Shown in pieces: positions 51,368-61,843 of a stretch of 64,000 nt of DNA (position 1 is the first letter of the stretch; each line of letters starts with the position of its first letter). Location: assembly GCA_002633005.1 (NCBI GenBank), contig NMRA01000031.1, forward strand, positions 272,888-336,887, in the 5' to 3' direction. Under the pieces are notes generated by a model, which was given only the letters and a program-made list of their open reading frames with translations, had not been told where the DNA came from and searched no databases. The position numbers and the translations under genes are program-made. This DNA is from Phoronis australis (lineage: Eukaryota > Animalia > Phoronida).

Positions 51368-52794
51368 ACACATCTTGACACAAGTTTTCTGATAAAGCAA
51401 AACATCTGGATGTCTGCGTGTTGTCCTTGATCACAAAACATTTATCATTTATGATGAAAGTTTCAGAATCAAATTTATAATATTCATTTTCATAGATGAA
51501 TTGGTGGATATCACAGAAAAGTTTTTCTGTTAATTTTGACAATGTCACCCAGCAACAAAGCTCTTTATTAACATTAAGTGCTGGTACATATCATTGCTTT
51601 AACACAACATTGCAAGCAAGGATTTAGGAGATACAGTGGACTTTATCATCAATAATTTATCCATGTAATCATGTTTCGATTGAAATATATAGTGTTGTTT
51701 TTAAAATACAAATATGTTTACATCAAAGCAAAGGGTATCTTGTAATATTCCTGATTAAGAATAAACTATTGCTTGAAATCATTTGTAAAAACTCTTAAAC
51801 ATGCTATCATATCAGTGACTTTTACTAATAAGCAACAGCAGTACGCCATATGTTTGTGTAATTTACCAATTGACGATTAATGCACTTTCAAGGGGCAGGT
51901 TTACAAACAATCTAAAATCTGGGCAGGGGCCAAATGCCAGACAGCTAAAAGTAACACAATGGCAATTCTCCAGTTTTGTTGTCAAAAATAAAATTGTCTC
52001 ATTTCAAAAGGCGGGATACTTTGTTACAAAAAATAACCTATTCTCTGTGCGACTTCATGGCTGCTCCCCGGTTTCATGACAACTCTATTGTACAAATCAT
52101 ACTATTATGGAGTAAAATCTTTATAATGTCTCATTTTTATGAAACAGATGTCCATTTGTCCGCCACAGTTTGAGCTAAATTGGTGACTGGTCTTGGTAAA
52201 CAATTATTTTGTCATGCCTCTAAAGTCAAGGTAAGATCGTTGACTGAACTCTAGCACAAGACCAATTGACATCAAAACTGGTAAATATCCCAGACCTAAT
52301 CCACTGAATTTGTCGTGGAGACCAGATTCTTCAACGGGTTCAAATCCGGCATTTTCGGTGCACACAAGGGGAGTTGGTGGGCATATGGGGCTTCCCACCT
52401 AAGTTTTGCTATCAGTTGGTCCAGAACTGGGGTTTATATAATCCTGGGTCGAATTTAACACATTTGTGCATGGAATTGTTTACACATCTAGGTTGGACTG
52501 GTGCGACATCTAATCTGGACAACAAGTTGATTTGGAGGTCTGGCATGGCATAAAATTCAGTCATTGACACAGCTGCCAGGGGAGGGGCACACTGACGGGC
52601 GCGATGGTCACCCTGTTCATTACGCCATTTACTTTAGAGTGACACTCGTTTGAGTTAAGTAACCAGGAACAATTTCGCGTTTGGCGATCACCTATTACAT
52701 ACATGAGCTCAATGTTTACAGAGCTATTAAACCAGCTTAGAGGTCTGTCTCTGTTCATTACATACACTGAGTGCCGCAAAGACTCGGAGGCAGT

Positions 52795-52905
52795 ATCTTG
52801 GTGGCCTAGTATGATAGGTTCCCGCTCTCGTTACTCCGAGGTCGTGGGTTCGAGTCCGGCCGCTGGGCCACACTGCTTGACCCTTGAGTCAGGTTTCTAG
52901 TTCAA
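52795..52905 (+). mobile_element. tRNA-derived SINE (head plus core); related fragments at about 43885-43945 and 48912-48975
   Basis: A box tggcctagtat, B box gggttcgagtcc, then ctgcttgacccttgagtcaggtttctag, shared with the fragments in TPGS1 intron 6. Confidence 0.6.
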
Positions 52906-53081
52906 ACGTGTACCAGACCTCTTGCAATTATTTTTTCATGACATGTGAGGCAGAGTGCAGGGTTTACACAGCCACTGAGAGGTCTGTCTAGATTTCTTCT
53001 TTAAACCGTTTCCCGACACTGCGTGCCGCGGCGCAAAACTGTCCCTAACACTAATTAACATAATTCAAAAGATAACTAGGC

Positions 53082-53990
53082 CTAGTTCACTGCAAACGCG
53101 AGTTCAAACCACTTGAGCATTTTGCCCGAAGCACTAGCACTTGCCGAAGACTCGATCGATCAGAATGAGTTTTGCAACTTCCGGGCCGGCGACCCGCCGT
53201 CTCCGTCTTTTTTGGTATACGACCACTGTGATTGTCGGTTTAAATATTATCGGGTGGCAGTCGGCTTTTAACCACTTTCTCGTCAGCCTCAGCCTTTGTT
53301 TTCAACATATGTGGCGCTAAGTATTGGTCGCGACGTGCATCTTTACAGCCAAAATACACCACAGCCGAAGGTACGAGATTAGCCTGACCCAACGACTGTT
53401 CTTTATGCTTCAGCTCTGTCTTCGGAGGCGTGGTGTACAGGTAAAAAGACATGGCCTTATCCACAAGGCAGGACTGCACGTACTCATACAACGTTCCGAC
53501 AGTCTCGTAAGGACGAAAATTTCCCTGTAGAATCTTTTTGTCACTGGGGAAGTGCACGCGTATGGTGGCCCGGGAGTACTTGGCCATTGTGTCTTCTATA
53601 GTTGCCGGCTCATAGCTCGCGTCATTGGAGGCTGTTCTCGAGCTTCATTCTGCAAGTCACCCATCCTTTTTTTCAAGTCAGCTTCATTGACCTCAAAAAA
53701 ATCATCAGAATGGTCATTGGTAGCTAGACACTTTTGGCCGGCATCAAGAGAGTAAACCACAGTTTCTCTATTCCAAGAAATAGTATGGTCTTCGCCCTGC
53801 CCTTGGTTTTGAGTTGGTACCTTTTTTGAACTTTCTATCTTCCGGCGCTTGGCTTCAGGCTGATAAATTTCCTCGTCCATTTCAGTTGCTGTGATTCTTT
53901 GAAAGCTCTGACTGCAACACAAGACTCGAAATTAATTTCCTGGAAGTCAACCCGAGCTTGCGTAAAGTGGTTGCTCTGCGCGCAACTCTT
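53082..53990 (-). pseudogene. ASPSCR1: Truncated, degenerate tandem copy of ASPSCR1/TUG
   Basis: Homologous to the intact gene from TTLRKLGLTS to GK..KWF. Frameshifts near 53900, 53596 and 53155, an in-frame TAA at 53240-53242, loss of the central linker, and no recognisable N-terminal UBL1 region. Confidence 0.88.
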
Positions 53991-56691
53991 TTGTTGGGAA
54001 CATACGGGCTTTTTCGTCTATTAATGGAAGTCGTGGGAAAACGAAGGCATAATGGTGAACAGTGCGCGTTATCCTATTTCTTTGCATATTTTCGCATGTT
54101 TTCTTTGAAATCTAAAAGTCTTTTCGAGTTGGCACTTGTCACAACCATGTGCTTGTTAATGGATGATCATGATCATACCTCTTCACGGTAGCTATTCCTC
54201 GGCTGACTATAGTGAAGAGGAGGAGAGAAGACGGGTCGCCCAGATACTGCGGAAGTGTGGGCATAGATTAAACTTTGAGTGTTTGCTCATGACGTGGGTC
54301 ATTGTCGCATATTGGAGGACAAACATTTCAGTATGATGTATTGTGAAGCAAAGAGACCTTTGTTAACTGAATTCTCGATCGCCTCGGGTATAAAAATGGT
54401 GATTTTTTGTGCAATAGTTCAGTGGCCGCTTTTGATGTGAATTACCCATGCAGTTGACATGAGGAACCCTTTCCAGCTGAAAATTGACCGTCGGACGGCC
54501 TTCGTCCGACGGTTGGAGTTTGCTAATGCGAACACAATAGCCCATTGAATTCAGTCCAGCTGCCTGGGCTGCTTGGTCACGTACGTAATCCTTTAATGAC
54601 ACCTCATTATGCCATAAAACTACGTGCCTGTCGACTATTGGCAAAAAAATAAAGTTTATTTTAAAAATCNGGTGACATTTAAATACCGCCATTAAGGTGC
54701 GTTATTAATAAAGTTGAAAACCCGGCCGGCGCACGAAGAATTTTTATTCATTAATTCATTTAGTATTTCGGCCTGCTGCACCGCCCGCCATGCAATAGCG
54801 GTCGTAGCCTACGTAAGCTGCTACAACTAACAACTAGTCGCATATAACTCGGTTGCTACTATTGATCACCGTCATTGCTTGTCCTCGAACCTGGTTCCGA
54901 TTCCGGGTAGAGCTCGAGTAACTAATATAGGATCTATCCTTTGACATACATGTAGGGCCACCTTTTCTGGAAACTATAAGCCTGCCCAATGAGATAAATA
55001 TAGCTACTATAGCTCATTGAGTACCGGGACCTAGCCAAAAGCTAGTCAAGGTCACGTGCTCTTATTTAAAATACACGGCAATATCTCGCGTAATCTCGCA
55101 AAGTCTTGCTTTTTAGCGAGGTCCTAGCGTCACTGAACGGGAGGCTGGTTCCCGGGCCTCACAAACTGACGTCACGGATTGCTTTCAACCAGACTATTAG
55201 TGCGTCAGCCTTGTCCCAAGAAGCCTCAAGACAAGGCGCTGAGGCGGTTTGGGCCATAGAATATTGGCCATTTGAGGCTTGGTTATGGGAAATGAAATGT
55301 GTCAGAATTCTGACACATTTTTATGAAAGTCGCCGGAATACTACAAGTAGGCGTGTCGAGGGAAATACGGCCATGTACAGGTAATAGAGTTTTTCGTATT
55401 CACCTCCCGCACTACCTCCGTCAGCAGTGACCCCCCTTGCTGGTTCCAAACGTGCCTAGTCAGCGTGCTGGCAACCGTCTACCTAGCGGCACGCAAGGAA
55501 CCAGCGAGCAGTGACCCCCTTACCATGGAAAGTTCAACAGGTAGATCAGTGTCGACTCGACGTCGTTAGGTGGTTCGATTTTATCGAAAATAGTTTAAAG
55601 AAATAGGCCTACAATTTAGTTGCTGCAGTGTAAGAAGCACTCAACATGCAACTCAGGTCCCAATCGTAACATCTGGAACAGGACTGTTAATTATATGGCA
55701 GTTCTGTCTCCGAGTCAGTTTTCAATTACTAACTGCAACGCGGACACCGATTCCTCGGTATTATCAAATGTTGTTATTTAACTATTTTCAGGAGATGTTA
55801 CCAGTTCAATGCACAGTTATCGTTGTTTTCATATTTATCATCTCTTTTCAAGTTATAAATCATTACATTTAAAGCTGTTTCTTTTACGTGAGAAAACTTG
55901 CAACCTAACGCGCAAGTACATAGTATAGGATGTGATCCGCCACGTGAACAGTCTGAATGAAGTATTTAAAAAATCTGCCGAAAAAATGAAAGAAACTTGG
56001 CTCGGGAATTCGAAGCGTATGGGATAAATACAAAACGTTCAAAACGCCACTCTCGGTACGTTTTGTGTGTATATCAACTTTGAGATTTTCGTCAGTATAA
56101 TATTAAAATGAAAACTAACGGTATATTACAGCAATTTCGGTCAAAATTATTGTTTTTTGATTCGAAAACAGATTAATTTCTACTATATGATACTATTAAT
56201 GAAAAAGAATTGAAAATAAGTGAACAAACAAACTTTATTTCAGACAATAACCAAAACAATGTCTTCTGCTTCATAAATGGCAGCAACAACGCCTGTGAAA
56301 ATAATTAAAACCTGCCTTTGTTTTAATGACGTCACGGCATCGGGCAATCACTGCGCAGAAGATATTTATATTTCCCATGAGGGTCGGCCACAGTACATGC
56401 CTGTGTGTGGTGTGTGCCCCCCCACCAAAAATGGGATGAGTCAGGTTTGAAGGCAGTTTTGTGGACTGAATGGGGAGTGATTGCCACGAATGATATTCAG
56501 TAGTTTGTTTTTAAACAACTTTAAAAGTTGTTTTAAGTAAACAGGGTACAGAAATTCGGCCTGCCAGTGTGCTCTTGTCTGCTTGGATACGAAAGTGCCA
56601 CCATTTTAAGAAGACGTAATACTCAAATTTCGATGATAACCAAAAAGTTAATGGACATATTTGACCTGTAGAAAGTGGATCTATCTAGCAA

Positions 56692-56999
56692 GCATAGGCG
56701 GGTTTAAGCCCCTGTCCCACCTTAGTTGCCGCAAGCAAAATGAAACAGCAACAGCGTGAAGAGTGAGGGAATATTGAGTTCAGTAACCGGTAGCGGATGA
56801 GGGGGTTCAGAGACCCCAGATCGCGGCGGGATCGTGTTCCCGTTTTTTTTTTAGTCCACCGATAGATTTTCTGAACAGAAAGTCCACATCCCCGGCCCCC
56901 GCAACTTTCGGGCCGCCTGTGTACATACAATCGCGCTTTGCCCAATTCCCTGAGGAAACATGTTGGGCCCACCCTTATGGTATCCTAGATCCTCTACTG
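56692..56999. mobile_element. hAT-type MITE
   Basis: cataggcgggttta ... cctagatcctctactg; reverse homologue of 57546-57840. Confidence 0.7.
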
Positions 57000-57272
57000 A
57001 CAAGGGAACTTATTTTCATTTTGTGAGGTTCGCTTGCCACAGTTCCATTCAGCTGATTCTTTGAGTTTTTAGAAAACGTTGAAACCTCGAGTTTAGGACA
57101 GTGATACTTGTATAAAAAGTGAGATTGTCCCCAGTCTTTGCTTGACACTTGAGCCTTCGTGAAAAATGTTTTATCATTCTTGGCAAAGCAATTCTCAATT
57201 ACCAAAAATTGACAGTTTCAATATTACGGATGCGATTACTAAATATTAATCAAGTTTTGCTATCACAATAAC

Positions 57273-57419
57273 TTGCGCGCACCCAGCCTTTTAATATCGG
57301 GGGCTCGAATCTCTGACAAAGTGAACCTTTGCTAACAAACAAGCGGAAGGACTAAAAAAAAACGGGGTACCACCTTCAGGTCTGTGAACTGTGCGTCTGC
57401 GCCCCTGGGTGCGCGCATG
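57273..57419. mobile_element. MITE with (ca)tgcgcgcacccag TIRs
   Basis: tgcgcgcacccag / ctgggtgcgcgcatg; absent from the paralogous site at about 50865. Confidence 0.75.
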
Positions 57420-57545
57420 AATTAGTGTGTAACTTAGCAAGACGTTCACTGAACTTAAACACCACAGACTGCGTAAACTTCTAATGGTTGTTTTACTACA
57501 TGCACCGATTATTGTCCGTTGTTTGTAGTTTAACATTTTTATAAC

Positions 57546-57840
57546 AGTGGCGGATGTAGGATACCATAAGGGGCTGGGGGCCAACATGTTGTCTCGGGAA
57601 TTGAGCAAAGCGCGATTGTATGTGTAGCACAGGCCCGAAGTTGCGGGAGAACCCTCTGTTCGAAAAATCTACCGGCGGACTAAAAGAAAAAAGAAAAAAA
57701 GGGAACGCCGCGATCTGGAACACCCCTTTTCCGCGTCCTCGTTGCTTACGCAATATTTTCTCACGCTTCACGCTGTTGCTGTTCCATCTTTGCCTGCGGC
57801 AGCTAAGGGGAACCCCCCTCCTCCTCTAAATCCGCCTATG
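57546..57840. mobile_element. hAT-type MITE
   Basis: cagtggcggatgtagg ... ctaaatccgcctatg with approximate 8-bp flank duplication ttttataa/tatgataa. Confidence 0.72.
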
Positions 57841-58418
57841 TATGATAACAAGGGTGTCTGACCTTGAAATTTAAAAATATTTCAAATCAAACCATTTTAA
57901 CATTTTTACTTCATCTTTTCCATTGTAAATAGTCTTTAATAGCTGTTGTGTTCAGTTCAGTGATTGAGGTTACACATCTTGACACAACTTTTGTGATAGC
58001 AAAACATCTGGATGTCCGAGTATCATAAATTTGATCACAAAACATTTATCATCATGATAAAAGTTTTAAAATCAAATTTGTAGAACTCACATTCAAAAAT
58101 GAAATGGCGGACGTCCGAGAATTTAAGTTTTGCTTTTAATTTTGACAATGTCGCCAAGCAACAAAGCTCTTTATTAACATTAAGTGCAGGTACATATTGC
58201 TTTAACACAACATTGTAAACAAGGATTTAGGAGATACAGTGGACTTTATCGTCAATAATTTATCCATGTAATCATGTTTCGATTGAAATTTATAGTGTTG
58301 TTTTTAAAATACAAATATGTTTACATCAAAGCAAAGGGTGTCTTGGAACATTCCTGATTAAGAATAAACTATTGTTTGAAATCATTTGTAAAAACTCGTG
58401 AACATGATATCATATCAA

Positions 58419-58631
58419 CATAAGCGCACCCAGCCTTAAATATGGGGGACTCGAATTCCTAACGTTGTAAATAGCCGGCTGACTAAAAAAAAAAACGGGC
58501 GCACCACTGTGAATTGCGCGTTTTTGCTTGTTTATTGTACTTTTGTCTCATTTTCTCGGACTTTTCGTTTCTTGCAGGCGGACCTTTTTGCCCACTTCGC
58601 CAACGAGCCCCCCCCCCTGGGTGCGCGCATG
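58419..58631. mobile_element. MITE, same family as 57273-57419
   Basis: cataagcgcacccag ... ctgggtgcgcgcatg flanked by tatcaa/tatcag; the empty site catatcagtgac is at about 51808-51819. Confidence 0.78.
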
Positions 58632-59020
58632 TATCAGTGACTTTTACTAATAAGCAACAGCAGTACGCCATATGTTTGTGTAATTTACCAATTGACGATT
58701 AATGCACTTTCAAGGGGCAGGTTTACAAACAATCTAAAATCTGGGCAGGGGCCAAATGCCAGACAGCTAAAAGTAACAATATTGTAATTCTTCTGTTTTG
58801 CTGTCAAAAATAAAATTGTCTCATTTCAAAATGCTGGATACTTTGTTACAAAAAATAACCAATGCTCAGTGCGACTCCAAGGCAGCTGTTTTAAATCAAT
58901 GCCATGCTATTAATGGAGTAAAGTCTTCAAAATGTTTGATTTTTATGAAACAAGTGTCCACTTGTCTGCCACAGTTCGAGAGAAATAGGTGATGGTGATG
59001 GTAACCAATTCCGTGGTCGT

Positions 59021-59440
59021 GCTGTACGTGAACTTGGAATCGTGCTTAATCTCAAGATTAAGAGGAAGTGAGTGTTGCGTGAACTTGGAATACGCGAGGC
59101 AACTTGACAAGTTCACTCAAATAATCACGTTCATGTTCATAAAAAATTGCACTGCACTAAATCAAGTTATATTTGAATAAAATAATGTCAATTTTAACTA
59201 ACCTTTTCAAATACAGGCGATCAGTTTCACCAAAGAATAATCGATTTAGCCATTCACATATTCCTCCGGTTCAGCGACACAAGTTACGGTAAAGGAGAAA
59301 ATGGTTGATCGCGAGGTCAATAATTACAAAAATTCTTTTCACCCAACAAAAATTTCACCTATTTCCCTTTAAAATATTCAATTCCAAGTTCACGCATACG
59401 CGATCTTGAGATTAAGCAGGATTCCAAGTTCACGCACAGC
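59021..59440. mobile_element. MITE with long TIRs
   Basis: gctgtacgtgaacttggaatc..gcttaatctcaagat..tgcgtgaacttggaat mirrored at 59380-59440; gtcgt occurs in both flanks. Confidence 0.75.
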
Positions 59441-60154
59441 AGTCGTGCCTCTTAATTCCAAGTAAGATTCTCTATTGACTAAACTCTAGTACAGGAACAA
59501 TAGACATCAAACTTGCGTTAACTATCCCTGACCTAAGCTGAATTTGGATCAAACTCCAGAACTGGAGACCAGATTCTTCAACGAACTCAAATCTGCAGGG
59601 AGCATTTTCAGTGCACAAGTGTAGTATGGGCACGGGTTTGGGGCTTTACACCAAGGGTTCGCTATCTGCTGGTCCAGAACTGGGGTTTAAAGGATCCTAG
59701 GTGGAATTTAACACAGCCACAGAATTGTAAATACCTCTGAGGTGGACTGGTGCTGCATCTAATCTGGCCAACAAGTTGGTTAACAGGTCCTCCGACTGGC
59801 CTGCAGTGTACTTGGATCTAAGCATAAAGTTCAGTCACTGGCGTACCCTGCCAGGGGAGGGACACAACAGGGGGTATGGCCGCCCTGTTCATTCCAAAAA
59901 CCCTAACCCCTTTACTGTAGGGTGCGACTCATTTCAGCCCCCCCCCTTCACTGGTCAAGAACAAATTCACGTTTGGCCCCCACCTATTAACATGAGTGAT
60001 GAGTGCAAGGTTTATAGAGCTAAGCCACTGAGAGGTCTGTCTAGAGTATTTAAACGGTTTCCCAACCCTGAAAGCACAGCGCAATAATAAATTCGTTAAT
60101 AAGCGCAAATCTGTCACCTAACAGCATATTTCAATAGATAACTAGTTCAAAATG

Positions 60155-61843
60155 CTACTTTTTTCCAATTTTGAACCACTTAGGCACTTTGCCCGAACCA
60201 CTAGCACTTGAAGACGGCTGTACATCTGACTGAGTTTTGCAACTGGCCGACCTCTCTGGTATTGCTGAGATATTATCAGTTTCATTTTCTTGAGTCGCTG
60301 ATTTGAACAGGTAGCTTTTAACCACTTTCTCAGCCTCAGCTATTGTTTTCATACCCTCTAGCATGCACGGTGCTAAGTATTGGTCACGTGCACAGTGACA
60401 GCCAAAATACACCAGAACCGCAGGTACTAGGTTAGCTTGAAACAACAACTGGGCCTGATCATCCAGCTCTTTCTTTGGAGGCGTGGTGTACAGGTAAAAA
60501 GGCATGGAGCTATCCGCAAGGCAGGACTGCACATACTTGTACAATGCTCGGACAGTCTCACGAGGACGAAAAACTCCCTGTAGAATCTTTTTGTCAGGGA
60601 ACTGCACCCGTATGATGGCATGGGAGTACTTGGACATCTTGTCTTCTAATTGCTGTTGTCTCATAGCTTGCGTCATTAGAGGCTGCTCGTTAGCCAATCG
60701 AACTTTATTCTGCAGGTCAATCATCATTTTTCTCAAGTCAGTTTCAGTGACCTCAAAAAATTCATCGGAAATATCTTCATCGTTGGTAGCTAAACCCATT
60801 GCTTCACTATGTAAATCAACAAGAGAATAAACCATGCTTTCTCTACCACAAGGTCTGTATTCTTCTTCCTTGACTTCACTCAACTCGTTTTGATAGACAC
60901 ATTTTCCTTTGGTGTCTTCAGGGAATTTGAAATCTGCAAAATGTGACCTGGCTTGAGGTAGAACAGGGTAAACATCCCGGTACTGACCAGCTTTAGGGTC
61001 CGTGGGTGCACTAGGTGGAAACACAGATCTTTGAAAGTGACTTAACGACTGAGGCAACGACTGTGCAGTTACAGGAAGCTCTGGGGACGCTTCCGCAGTA
61101 TTCCCAGCAGGTGTTTTTGCTACATTTTCACTGACTAGTGGAACACAGGGAGAATGGGTACTTCCGCCTTCCTCATCAGTGGCTTTTAATTGCAAAGAAG
61201 AAATAGTCTCTACACCCCCCTGGTTTTGAGTTGGTACCTTTGATGGACTTCCCATCTTCTGGCGCTTAGCTTCATGCTGATAAATTTGCTCATTTATTTC
61301 AGAAAGTGTTGACTCGTTGAGAACTCTGTAAACAAGTCTCAAAATACAATTTCCTGAAGTCAACCCGAGCTTTCGTAGAGTGGTGTTTCGCAAGGCCACT
61401 TCGCCAGCAACCTCTTCCCGCATATAAACAATCACAGCGTGCATGACTTGCGAATTTTCAGGATTCATTTTCGTGCATCTAAACAAGTCCGAGTCGCCGT
61501 TTTTACCAAAATGCTCCAAAATATTATACAGCGTGGAACTAGGTTCAAATTCGTGTTGAAATCGTTTTCCATTTTCAAGTTGTAGAGCGATTACAACGCT
61601 AGTTTCGGTTCTAATTTTTATGGATCTCACCACTTCGAGTTTTGCGTTGTTTGGCAAGTTTGAATACCTCACTGGCATGGTTAAATCCAAGACATTACGT
61701 CCGTGACGTAACTCGTGCTCTTCTACAACTAGCCCTTGTTTTCTGCATGCCTCTTCTAAAATTTGTAACAGCTTGGTGTTGGGTGAAAGCTTTACGTTTT
61801 GTCTTCGACCGTTCGGACACAACACACTCACAGCTGTCGCCAT
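60155..61843 (-). CDS. ASPSCR1: Tether containing UBX domain for GLUT4 (TUG/ASPL/UBXN9), 562 aa, intronless CDS
   Basis: N-terminal UBL1 (AVSVLCPNGRRQNVK.SP...LLQILEEAC...LD...VRYSNLPNNAKLE), UBL2 (V.IALQLENG.R, TTLRKLGLTSG), 'DEFFEVTE.DL', 'PLMT.AMR', UBX (IRVQFPD..ILQG.FRP.ETV..LY.YV, FYLYTTPPK, LFQANLVPA) and C-terminal KVPKWFK. Confidence 0.96.
   Translation of the reverse strand: MATAVSVLCPNGRRQNVKLSPNTKLLQILEEACRKQGLVVEEHELRHGRNVLDLTMPVRYSNLPNNAKLEVVRSIKIRTETSVVIALQLENGKRFQHEFEPSSTLYNILEHFGKNGDSDLFRCTKMNPENSQVMHAVIVYMREEVAGEVALRNTTLRKLGLTSGNCILRLVYRVLNESTLSEINEQIYQHEAKRQKMGSPSKVPTQNQGGVETISSLQLKATDEEGGSTHSPCVPLVSENVAKTPAGNTAEASPELPVTAQSLPQSLSHFQRSVFPPSAPTDPKAGQYRDVYPVLPQARSHFADFKFPEDTKGKCVYQNELSEVKEEEYRPCGRESMVYSLVDLHSEAMGLATNDEDISDEFFEVTETDLRKMMIDLQNKVRLANEQPLMTQAMRQQQLEDKMSKYSHAIIRVQFPDKKILQGVFRPRETVRALYKYVQSCLADSSMPFYLYTTPPKKELDDQAQLLFQANLVPAVLVYFGCHCARDQYLAPCMLEGMKTIAEAEKVVKSYLFKSATQENETDNISAIPERSASCKTQSDVQPSSSASGSGKVPKWFKIGKK

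Noticed and set aside
51104-51548. RRM RNP1-like peptide GESRGVGF / GKSRGVDF in two opposite-strand ORFs
   Set aside because: Both come from the two arms of one inverted repeat; no remaining RRM sequence or splice context.
52795-52870. Functional tRNA gene
   Set aside because: No cloverleaf, and it continues into a core shared with other SINE fragments at 43.9 and 48.9 kb.
55290-56300. Spliced protein-coding gene downstream of the 55.1-kb promoter-like module
   Set aside because: Isolated donor- and acceptor-like sites exist, but no phase-consistent, recognisable protein could be assembled.
60155-61843. Horizontal transfer or contamination as the explanation for the intronless ORF
   Set aside because: TUG/UBX proteins are eukaryote-specific, and the gene is embedded in host repeats with a local tandem pseudo-copy.
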